From Proteromonas lacertae (lineage: Eukaryota): DNA of 32,130 nt. The DNA lies in the NCBI GenBank assembly GCA_002245135.1, contig NGBS01000338.1, positions 1 to 32,130 of the forward strand, in the 5' to 3' direction. Under the pieces are notes generated by a model that had not been told where the DNA came from, ran no database searches, and saw only the letters and a program-made list of their open reading frames with translations. Below are positions 11,301-19,330 of this stretch, piece after piece (position 1 is the stretch's first letter; every line of letters begins with the position of its first letter). Made by a program: the position numbers and the translations under genes.

Positions 11301-11420
11301 ACCTGTAGCATCTGAAGTACTTGGAGGTGGGGGAGCTATTCTAGGTATATCATATGTAGGACATGAAGCTCCCGGCCGTGCCCCAGGAGTTCCAGAAGTT
11401 CTTGAGCGATTCAAAGACAT
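8340..11420 (-). CDS. Large putative virion precursor protein with a C-terminal adenain/Ulp1-like cysteine protease domain (8340-8834)
   Basis: ALSNFDIEEI...FKGCF..D.L...IIINT...GHWVAL...YYDSFG...QNQNSNTSNCGFFAINFL carries the H-D-Q-C catalytic set; GxG/GG motifs and hydrophobic segments lie upstream. Confidence 0.88.
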   Translation of the reverse strand: MSLNRSRTSGTPGARPGASCPTYDIPRIAPPPPSTSDATGTSSGAGKKHVSFDLKYGGSSEANAVYNANMDGTNPPTAIAVGGYVHPYFLQESSQQPPIDMGYTWRHLGRGLDSIMGKGKLDKYRRHKHKHRLLKKLPRRHLSHYKRLLKKGGSISNNNNNQPGGGATRIPVGTLHPPRPTPIPATFEYLKPTYKVGYDVHQNLVFPNPRLQVWDELTGNYINKDLLQPSQIPDYIRAKLPTGPVGPDYDWKLNEILPQLNDQGRRELGEIIGNNYASQQPLINPRYVYGDLATRDVNSNRGYFGRQAEDLMVMGRPAVDIDASNPRASFKYLGKDSFIDSAKDFKAYDNGILRVTDPLAEFNPELAKLSTDDIEKIIKPGLMERYHTWDPLNVYDYDDAYIDKMKLQMNLLVNDRNDALIKMNQAIQRGDEQSAKYYQQYFSQLNSRIKEDKDIIRRARLYEMGKRNSDVAKRMETAQIPEDMLPKDPNTIVDEGEIRTNNMIDSQNTKEWTNDEFNKTVLGHPVPKEWQNGDLNKRLQISMKLFKQACSQWKQFEGSQLQEALNKMTEGDFYGFASNLLSCVKNIFRIFPILFYTFTGYLHGGVTADMKEVDVAMKYCNTIIITCIAYYLWRKNKLGNYGFITVLWYYMYDYYDIIRKLSGNRIPDIYTLMDNNYDKVSKLLPESLQNSWLPLQFLFNTFTSFFTNSHPYVKVLANAAPLFFKFANFDKINTKNGITGLLGALPKSATDVKGWITSIGTYGTILSAFGAVAGLMAPSGLSQFLDNGIIPKNDVVNNTYNESNFHPKGINLPNGLTNFQAGTMNAIQLSEIMRLMNQYGYGGRGKKVHSRRILLTNINGKGALSNFDIEEIIQKEFNDFDKKFKGCFCWDELILPIPNKMDQWGIIINTLTTKAKPDSVGHWVALVVDNDKKMFMYYDSFGEDPQKLEYFKECLKKFKKFHEKPYQLKINAVQNQNSNTSNCGFFAINFLNDILNRKRTFKQATDFNTVVGEKRVAMMKKEFGIV

Positions 11421-12548
11421 TGCTAAATAAGTTCTTTGTATAATTCCAAAAGTCTTGTAACTTTGTCATAGCAAAATTGAATAAACCAGTCACACCGCTA
11501 CTCCATCCTGCTTTAATGAATTCAAATGTACTAGGTAACCATGATCCTACTAATGAAGCACTAAATACACTTTGTCTGGATATACCGAAAAATTTTGAAC
11601 AATAATCAGTTGTTCTAACAGCATGATTAAATATACCTGCTAAACAATCACCTAAAGCATTTGGAAATACAAATTTAAATGCTATATCAATACCACCTAA
11701 TACTATAGTACACATACAAAACTTAACACCCCATTTCAACCAGTCCCATGCAGTACTTCCTTTAAACAGATCATCAATATGTCTCCATACAGACTTTTGT
11801 TTTTCTTCAGTCATTTTTTCAATTGTTTTCTTTGCATCTTCTAAAGCAGCATCTTTTACTTGTATTTGTTGTTTTAATTCATAGTGACTATCCAATCCAT
11901 TATTATTCCATCTCTGACTGTTTACATAGGACTGAGTATTGTACAGAGATGGATTGTTGTACTGATTTGTAATCCATTGACCTGTAGTTGGATCTTGATA
12001 TAATCCTGTTTGTTGTTGTTGTTGTTGTTGATATGGATTAGGAGGACCAAAAGGATTTTGATAAATATTGGTTAAGTTTGTAGGATCAGCCGTAGTAATT
12101 AGAATATGGCTTATTAAACTGACCAATATTCTTATAATACCTACCGAATTGGTCAGTAATACCACTCATATATAATTTATACTTCATTTCATCAGTCATG
12201 TAATTGTTCTTAGTAGCATTGATGTTTGGATTCATTGGTTTGTCTTTCATACTACTACTACTACTACTATTATCATCGAATGTTACATCGTAGTCACTAC
12301 CAAATGTTTTGATAAGGTGACTTGTATAAGGATCGTAAATCTCTAATTCATTTGTAGCGTTTCCTTTGTCTACTGCTCTTGTTGGATTAGCCATATGACT
12401 TAAATCTAATCTGATCTTCTTATTTGAAGGAAGCTCTATCATAAATCATTTTCTTCAACTTTCTTTTTAATGCATTGTGATAGATGGATGGATTGCCAAA
12501 GTCCTCTGATTCTTTTTCTTTATGTTTACGCTTTGTTGGAGCAGTCAT
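11350..12548 (-). CDS. Hypothetical membrane/coiled-coil protein in three segments (12548-12420, 12442-12086, 12165-11350), each a net +1 frame apart
   Basis: The unlisted ORF MTAPTKRKHK...ASFK* at 12548-12420 follows the AT-rich intergenic region. The segments overlap with no intergenic gaps. The last segment has hydrophobic and amphipathic Trp/Phe helices. Confidence 0.65.
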
Positions 12549-12620
12549 TATTTAAGAAAAAACAAACAAAAAATATCAAAACTAAAAATAGATCCGTTAT
12601 AGTTGTTATGATGATTATTA

Positions 12621-13252
12621 TTAATAATTTCTCTTCTTCTTCTTCTTCTCCTTTTTTCTCATTTGTTTCTTTATCATCATATCTGCGAATGCTTCATCAA
12701 TTACATCCATACCTAATCTTATAAAATCTTTGAAGGACGTACCATTTACTTCTGCTTCTATTAAATCATTTTCATTAATTACATACATTAGTTTACTCCT
12801 TCTTTCTTTCTTTTCTTCTTCTGTTTCATTACCAATAACTGTCCAATCAATATCTTTCACTCTACCATATATCCAAGGTTCATATCCTAATTGCATAGTT
12901 ATATGACTGAATTGAGGTAATTTAAGAGTTTTTTTAAATTTATTTCTTATTTTCTGAATATCGACAGTTATTACTGGAAGTTCTTTATCTTTCTTTTCTT
13001 CTTTTTTAGGCTGTTCTTCTTCTTCTTCTTCTTTAGTCTCTTCTTTAGTCTCTTCAGTAGGTTTTTCTTCTTCTTCTTCTTCTTTATCTTTTTCTTCCAT
13101 CACTTCTGGCTTTTCTTCTTCTTCTTCTTCTGGTTTCTTGTCCTCTTGTTTTTCTTCTTCTTCTTCTTCTTCTTCTACTTTTTCTTCCTTCTTCTCTTCT
13201 TCTTCTTTTTTATCATCCTTAACAACTGTTTTAGGATCTACTTTTGGTTTTG

Positions 13253-13292
<40 letters not shown>

Positions 13293-13911
13293 GATGTTAT
13301 TAAATACTAAACTAGGTTTATATTTTTTATTTCTCTACTAAATATAATATATTAGAATGATAATATTATACCATTTGTATCTGCATCTTCATTTGGTTAA
13401 CAGGATCACTCATAATTTGTGCCATCTTCATTTTTGCTTCAGCTTGTTGTCTTGCCATAGCATTATAATCAGGTCTATTTGAATTAGCATAGATAGCAGA
13501 ACCAAATAAGTGTTGGTCATCAAGTTCTCTATAACTTCTTGCAATTGGATTTGACATACTATTACCTAATTTAAGAGAACTAGCTAGTTGTTGATCTACT
13601 GCATTCTGTCTCTCTAATAGTTTCTGTTGTGATGATAATTCTTCTATTTTTAAATCATAAGGTATAGTATTTGATGTATGCTGTTTTTGCTCATTCAGTT
13701 TACCTAATAAATTCTTTATTTCATCCAATTCACTGTTTCTAGATCCTATTCTTTTACTTAGAACATCATTAGTAGTGTCATTATAGAATTTGCTGTAAAG
13801 TGATTGATAATATTTGTTATGGCCTTTAAAGCTATGCTTTCTTCTTTTCTTTCTTGATACACTTTTAATCCGCTTCTCTAAGAGCTTTTTTAACTGAGTT
13901 TTTGTAACCAT
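12621..13911 (-). CDS. Spliced basic/acidic protein, ~417 aa (exons 13911-13372 and 13334-12621)
   Basis: The frame of ORF 12621..13103 stays open upstream to 13334 without an ATG. Removing GTATAA...TAGTAG (13371-13335) joins it in frame to ORF 13366..13911. Confidence 0.7.
13335..13371 (-). other. Putative 37-nt intron (34 nt if the proximal AG is used)
   Basis: atg|GTATAAtattatcattCTAATatattatattTAGTAG|aga on the minus strand. Confidence 0.7.
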
Positions 13912-13956
13912 TATAAAACAAACAATATATGAAGTGTATAGTTATTATGATAATTA

Positions 13957-14547
13957 TTACTTAACATAAATAGGCTCGATAGGCTCGCCTTGTATTGGTC
14001 TTCCCATAATATCATTACCTAATGGTTTTGATTCATCTTCTTCTGGCTCATCTTCTTTACTGGTATCTTTTGGTTTACGTTCTTTCTTTATTGGATTAGA
14101 TCCTTTCTCTAATTTCTTCATTAGTCTAGCATTCTTATCTCTTTCTTCTTTTAAAGCAATCTGTAATTCTGCTTTAGTCATTCTGCTTGGTGGTGGTAAT
14201 GTATCCCCACTATCTTTAGATCTCCGTTTACCTTTACCTTTTACTGGTTCATCTAAAGCATCTTTGTCTTTCTTTGATCTTCTCTTTGTAGTAGGTGATC
14301 TTGAACGATGTCTCTTACGTTTGCTGTGTTTTCTATCACTATCATCATCATCTTCACTTGTGAGCATCTTATATACTTTCTTTGGTGAACTCTTCATTAA
14401 GAACTGTTTAATCATCTCTTCACTTGGTTCACTAGGATCGATTCTTGAAGTTGATTTCATTTCAGGAAGTTTGTCTTCTAACTCACTCTCAGTTGATGTG
14501 ACTGAACTTGTATCACTAGAATAATCATTAGATTCTGATTCACTCAT
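13957..14547 (-). CDS. Hypothetical charged low-complexity protein (~196 aa from MSESES)
   Basis: Ser/acidic N-terminus, basic tracts and a Pro-rich end; positional counterpart of 25857-26300. Confidence 0.75.
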   Translation of the reverse strand: MSESESNDYSSDTSSVTSTESELEDKLPEMKSTSRIDPSEPSEEMIKQFLMKSSPKKVYKMLTSEDDDDSDRKHSKRKRHRSRSPTTKRRSKKDKDALDEPVKGKGKRRSKDSGDTLPPPSRMTKAELQIALKEERDKNARLMKKLEKGSNPIKKERKPKDTSKEDEPEEDESKPLGNDIMGRPIQGEPIEPIYVK

Positions 14548-14621
14548 TAGATTCCGCCAAAAACACAAAATTTAATAATAATAATAATATTTATGTAATT
14601 TTGTCATTTTGTTAAGGTAAA

Positions 14622-14936
14622 TTACATACGTGCAACTTTTGTTTTTAAGTATGCATTTAGTAACGCTTGTTGATTACTACCTCCTCCATTGAATGGCATT
14701 CTAGCTCCTCCTCTTCTTCCATGTCTTCTTCTACGTCTACCGAATCCCACCTTTTCTAATGCATCTGCGATATTATCTTTACCAAACTCTCTTGCGATCT
14801 TTGAACCTATCTTGTGTTCTTTAGACCAATCGTAAGCTTTCTTTCCCCAATGTTTAACTTTTCCCCACAATGATTTTAACGAACCACCTTGATGTCTTCT
14901 TCGATGTCTTCTATGTCTTCTACCACCTAAAACCAT
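14622..14936 (-). CDS. Arg-rich core/cement protein precursor (adenovirus pVI/pVII/pX-like)
   Basis: GG/GxG motifs flank poly-Arg tracts and the amphipathic segment GG-SLKSLWGKVKHWGKKAYDW. Confidence 0.75.
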   Translation of the reverse strand: MVLGGRRHRRHRRRHQGGSLKSLWGKVKHWGKKAYDWSKEHKIGSKIAREFGKDNIADALEKVGFGRRRRRHGRRGGARMPFNGGGSNQQALLNAYLKTKVARM

Positions 14937-14995
14937 TATGATAATATATTAAAAACCAATAAAAAACAAAGAATAAAAAACAAAAAATTAAAGTA

Positions 14996-15436
14996 CTAAA
15001 GTACTCTTATCTTATTATCAGGATAACGATTAAGTGCATTATTACCACTATGACTGCTTTTTCTATGACGACGTCTTCCTGAACCTTTATTTCCTTTATA
15101 AATTCCACCAGGTCCTTTAATCCAATGTTTTGCAGCTATTGAAAGACCGCTACCACTATGACTTGCTTTCCATTTCAAGTATGGTTCGAGTGATTTTGGT
15201 CCACCCACTAAATCATATTTTGGATTCATCATACCACCTCTTCTACTCTTTCTATGTCTTCTACGACCATAACCTAATAACTTGGCAATACCACCAGTAA
15301 GTTTACCAGCCCATCCTGGAATCATACTTAAACCAGTTGATATTGCTTTAGTTTCTTTAAGTCCTTTATTTAAATCTCCCCAGAAACCTTTTCCTACAAC
15401 ACACTTGCGATATTTCTTTTTACTTTTCTTAGGCAT
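14996..15436 (-). CDS. Arg/Lys-rich core protein precursor
   Basis: VVGKG-FWGDLNKGL, LGYG-RRRHRK, RRGG, SGSG, KGSG-RRR. Confidence 0.75.
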   Translation of the reverse strand: MPKKSKKKYRKCVVGKGFWGDLNKGLKETKAISTGLSMIPGWAGKLTGGIAKLLGYGRRRHRKSRRGGMMNPKYDLVGGPKSLEPYLKWKASHSGSGLSIAAKHWIKGPGGIYKGNKGSGRRRHRKSSHSGNNALNRYPDNKIRVL

Positions 15437-15460
15437 AATAATATTACAAATAATTACTAT

Positions 15461-15486
15461 ATTGACATTATTGACATTACATTGAC
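15461..15486. promoter_or_regulatory. Triple ATTGAC(A) motif between divergent genes
   Basis: attgaca at 15461 and 15470 and attgac at 15481; the same motif recurs at 22714-22745. Confidence 0.5.
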
Positions 15487-15502
15487 CATAAAATAATAAA
15501 TT

Positions 15503-15899
15503 ATGTCAGACGGACCTATTCCTCAAAGAACTTTTTCAGGTGGTATAACTACACAGTTAGATGCTCAACATCCTATATATAAGCAGCAGCCTTCTCAGAC
15601 AGAACAAGAGACCCAAGCTGATCAAGAATTATATTCTACATTGAATAAGTTACCGCCAGAAGCTAAATCTATGCTAAACAGTATCAATGGTTTTTCATTC
15701 CAAGAAGCAATCAATGAAATAGTTAGAATTGTAAATCAAGTAGCAAATGAACCAGATCCACAACCAGTTCAGCAACCTCAAGTAGTTCAGCAACCACCAC
15801 CACCTCCACCACCTCCTACACCTCAAACAAATCAATAATAATGCTAAACCTGCTTATAATCCATATGCTTATAATAACATTGGTCTTATGAATGCTTAA
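15503..15899 (+). CDS. Hypothetical Gln/Pro-rich protein; the listed stop is 15838, with a probable +1 frame continuation to 15899
   Basis: The +1 frame reads NNNAKPAYNPYAYNNIGLMNA* directly across the first stop. Confidence 0.65.
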
Positions 15900-15951
15900 C
15901 ATAATTATTAAAAATATATTCGTTTTATTATTTTAAATTTTGTTTTGTGCT

Positions 15952-16473
15952 ATGAGCAACTCAAAAACAATTCACATTCTTCAGATTATAGACGATGATG
16001 TTAGCGATGCTGAGAAGGAGCAAAAAGAGGAGCAAAAACGAGATGATAAAGAAAGATCTGCCAAAAAGAGAAAGAGAGAGTTAGAAGACGTCTACAATTA
16101 TTTATATGGAGAGGCAGAGTGTACAGATAGTGAGGATGAGGAAGAAGATGATGCTAATGCTTCTGATGCCGATAGTGAAGGAAACTTGAAAGGCTTTGTT
16201 GTAGATAGTGATGATGACGATGAGGACTACACTATGGAAGAAGACGAAAGAGATTTAAGTGATTGGGAAAATGACGAAGACTTAGAAGACATTTTGAATC
16301 AGAATGCTAGCTCAGAGATATGTACAACTAAAAGAAAGATTATGACTGCTATATCAGATTCATTAGACAGTTTAAACCCTAAAAAAAGAAAGCATTTAAT
16401 CAAGCCTAACAAACAAGCCAACGGAAGCAATTCCTTTGATAATCAAGAGGAAGAAGTGTTAAGTGATTCTTGA
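15952..16473 (+). CDS. Acidic protein with NLS-like motifs (173 aa)
   Basis: KKRKR and PKKRK NLS-like motifs; EAECTDSEDEEE...GNLKGFVVDSDD. Confidence 0.75.
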   Translation: MSNSKTIHILQIIDDDVSDAEKEQKEEQKRDDKERSAKKRKRELEDVYNYLYGEAECTDSEDEEEDDANASDADSEGNLKGFVVDSDDDDEDYTMEEDERDLSDWENDEDLEDILNQNASSEICTTKRKIMTAISDSLDSLNPKKRKHLIKPNKQANGSNSFDNQEEEVLSDS

Positions 16474-16519
16474 GCTAATTAATTAATTAATTCTTTTTTT
16501 TATTTTTTACTTATTGTTT

Positions 16520-17077
16520 ATGAGTAATATACCCATAAAAACAGAATCTATACCATTACCTTTACCTCCACCTCCTGCACCTCCAGCTAGATCACCTATA
16601 CTTATAATTAGAGACGATCCAGAAAATAAAAGACCTGCTCCTTCAAATGAAGATCCTATAGATGTTTTAGAAAGCCATGCAGAGAGTAGATTACCAATAG
16701 GTATTGAAGGTCCAAGAGTAATTGCTAGTATTGAAGAAATACAATACACATTGGAATTATTTAAGTTATCTTTATCGAAATTCAAACCAAGTCTTAGAAC
16801 ATTGAATAGTTTAACAGCAAATCAAGTAGATTCATTATGTAAAGAAATAGATTTAATTATAGATCTTACAGAAAATCAATCAGTTCCTTATAGTACAATA
16901 GTAGGTGCAATAAGAAGATTACTCATTATGTACAATCAGTATTTTAGAGATAACTGGCACTTGGAAGCTAATCAGAAATTGTATTTCAAAGTTTACTTAT
17001 TTACCCAATTTGAAAAAACATGTTTCAATTTCTATAGTTCTTTAGTTAATATAGTATATGTAAATGCTTTTAATTAA
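16520..17077 (+). CDS. Hypothetical protein (185 aa), Pro-rich N-terminus and helical C-terminus
   Basis: Long ORF; its stop abuts the stop of the convergent gene. Confidence 0.7.
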   Translation: MSNIPIKTESIPLPLPPPPAPPARSPILIIRDDPENKRPAPSNEDPIDVLESHAESRLPIGIEGPRVIASIEEIQYTLELFKLSLSKFKPSLRTLNSLTANQVDSLCKEIDLIIDLTENQSVPYSTIVGAIRRLLIMYNQYFRDNWHLEANQKLYFKVYLFTQFEKTCFNFYSSLVNIVYVNAFN

Positions 17078-17491
17078 TTATTTGGTTTCTTTGATTTTTG
17101 TGTAAAGATCTAATTCTTCCAACAACACTTTGATAACTGAACCATACTCGTTAATATGATACTTAGGAGGAGGCATCTCTAAGTTTACTGCATATTGTTT
17201 AACCAATTTTACAAACCAATCGAATAGATTCTGAGCTTCAACTACTATTGTGTCTGGAACTGGCTTTCTCATCTTATTAGCATACTTATTAATATGTCCT
17301 AACAATAATTGAGATACACTATTAAATTTGGTAATGTCTTCATTCTTACATATGATATAGTTTTGAGCTGCAGTCTTAATTAAACCTAGGATAGTTTCAA
17401 TAAATGCTCTAAGCACATTGATTTCTTTAACAAATAAATATACTGGTTTCTTAGCTCTCTGCTCTATTACAAATATACTATCTGAATTCAT
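17078..17491 (-). CDS. Hypothetical helical protein (137 aa)
   Basis: ATG-initiated ORF, divergent from 17642. Confidence 0.7.
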   Translation of the reverse strand: MNSDSIFVIEQRAKKPVYLFVKEINVLRAFIETILGLIKTAAQNYIICKNEDITKFNSVSQLLLGHINKYANKMRKPVPDTIVVEAQNLFDWFVKLVKQYAVNLEMPPPKYHINEYGSVIKVLLEELDLYTKIKETK

Positions 17492-17641
17492 TTATGTTGA
17501 AGAAGGGGGGTATGAAAATATTCTATTAAAAAACCGCTAATTAGCATATTCGCGCTTCAAGCTTCAAACCATAAAATGCATGAAACGGATATAAAATCTT
17601 AATTCTAACATTTTATTGGATATCTAATAATCATAATAATC

Positions 17642-18162
17642 ATGTCATCAAAAATAGAAAACGGAGTCAATTTCATCACTTTCAATCCTTCAGATAACAT
17701 GTACGTCAAGTTTAGAGGGTATATGCTTAGAGCAGAATTAGCTAAGTCTGGCAAATGTCATTACATTACTTTCACTCCTGCTAGATATTTACTATTTAAT
17801 CGTCAGCCGATTATGGATTTCAATGCTCAAGTAAAGGAGGCTATTAAAAATGTTTGTGTCGAATCAACAATTAAATTTACAGAAGATATTAAAATGAAGA
17901 ATTCCTATCAGCAATTTGGATTAAATTTAGTCATTCCATTAGATAATGATAACAATCAACTGAAATGTACTGCATGGAACAACATTATCAGTGATCCAAC
18001 TTCTCACTTATTGAAGTATTGTGATTTTGAAGTTAGAATTAGACAGTGTATGGTTTTATCATCAATGCAGAACAATACTCCTTATTATACTGTTTTACCT
18101 AAATTTGAAATATATTCAAGTTTTGCACCAGTTGAGGATATTCCAGTACCATCTACAGATGT

Positions 18163-18205
<43 letters not shown>

Positions 18206-18334
18206 CCAGTAGTTAATCAATCAGTCACAATGGCATTTCAACCACCAGCAATACCATACACTAACAATAGCACTGGTTATAATCCATTTGTTTCAAGTTC
18301 TCAAGTTCCTCAACAACAACAACAACCCAAGTAA
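17642..18334 (+). CDS. Hypothetical beta-rich protein with a poly-Q tail (230 aa)
   Basis: Long ORF; (CAA)n tract at ~18163-18205. Confidence 0.72.
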
Positions 18335-18381
18335 ACAACAAAAAATGAAACAAAGAAGATTAATTAAAATTAAATAATATA

Positions 18382-19281
18382 CTATTTGAAAGGTAATATG
18401 ATTGATTGGGGTAATATAACTATATTCCATTCAAATGTATTATTTGGAGCTTCTGCTAGACCGAATGTAAAATATTCATCTGTTGGAGAAAATGATTCTG
18501 GTTTCATAATAATTGGCTGAACTTTACCACTAAAGGATTGACATAATAAATCGAATTTAAAACCTGTATCTGCACTTATATCTAATTTAGGTGTATAGTT
18601 CTTTATAAATTTAGTTGTTTGGTAACTATCAGTTGTTTTAATCCATAATAATTTGTCATTTATTTTCATACTATAATAATTCATTATCTTTAACTCCATA
18701 AAATGATCATGAACTATATATTGAACATAGAGTTTTCTACCATTTAATATACTTACGCTTTGTCCATTAATATCTCCTGTATATACAATTAGCCAGTCTT
18801 CTATAATATGTTTACCAAAACGTTTAACTAACTCATTCATTTGATTATAAGTATTCCAAGTTCTTCCATTCATATTATATGGTGGAAATCCATTTTCATA
18901 ATCATTTAAGTCATCTGCATCTCCTGAACCAATTGTTCCAGAAATAACGCCTACTGTTGAATACATATCTCTAGCTATTCTAGGTAAAGCATCCATTGTT
19001 AAAGGGCTATCAGGATAGCCATCTCCATACATTATTGTATATATAGTTTTAATTTGATCATATAAATTCGGTTCATCTGGTTCTAACCAGGTCTTACCAA
19101 TCACATTATTGAATTCATTTCTATTAGTCGCTACGTCTGCAACAATATCTTTCATCATTTCTCTAATTGTTTTATCATCATCAGCTTTCTTACCTAAATT
19201 GTTTGTTATCGTTGTAATAGACTTAGTTATAGCACCTGTATCTATTGAAACAGCTTGTTTTTTTAAGGGACCACCAAACAT
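18382..19281 (-). CDS. Hypothetical protein (299 aa from MFGGPLKK), possibly structural/fibre-like
   Basis: Last gene of the mCP-MCP-ATPase run. The listed N-terminal extension overlaps the ATPase and is unlikely to be real. Confidence 0.65.
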   Translation of the reverse strand: MFGGPLKKQAVSIDTGAITKSITTITNNLGKKADDDKTIREMMKDIVADVATNRNEFNNVIGKTWLEPDEPNLYDQIKTIYTIMYGDGYPDSPLTMDALPRIARDMYSTVGVISGTIGSGDADDLNDYENGFPPYNMNGRTWNTYNQMNELVKRFGKHIIEDWLIVYTGDINGQSVSILNGRKLYVQYIVHDHFMELKIMNYYSMKINDKLLWIKTTDSYQTTKFIKNYTPKLDISADTGFKFDLLCQSFSGKVQPIIMKPESFSPTDEYFTFGLAEAPNNTFEWNIVILPQSIILPFK

Positions 19282-19330
19282 AAAATATAATAAAAGAATG
19301 ATAAAAATTAAGTTACTAGCATTATGAGGA

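Noticed and set aside
2190..15840. Euplotes-style general frameshifting at stop codons explaining all breaks
   Set aside because: At ~2194 and ~3509 the protein-like reading changes frame well before the stop. After any 1-nt insertion in AT-rich DNA, the first stop automatically looks like T plus a sense codon.
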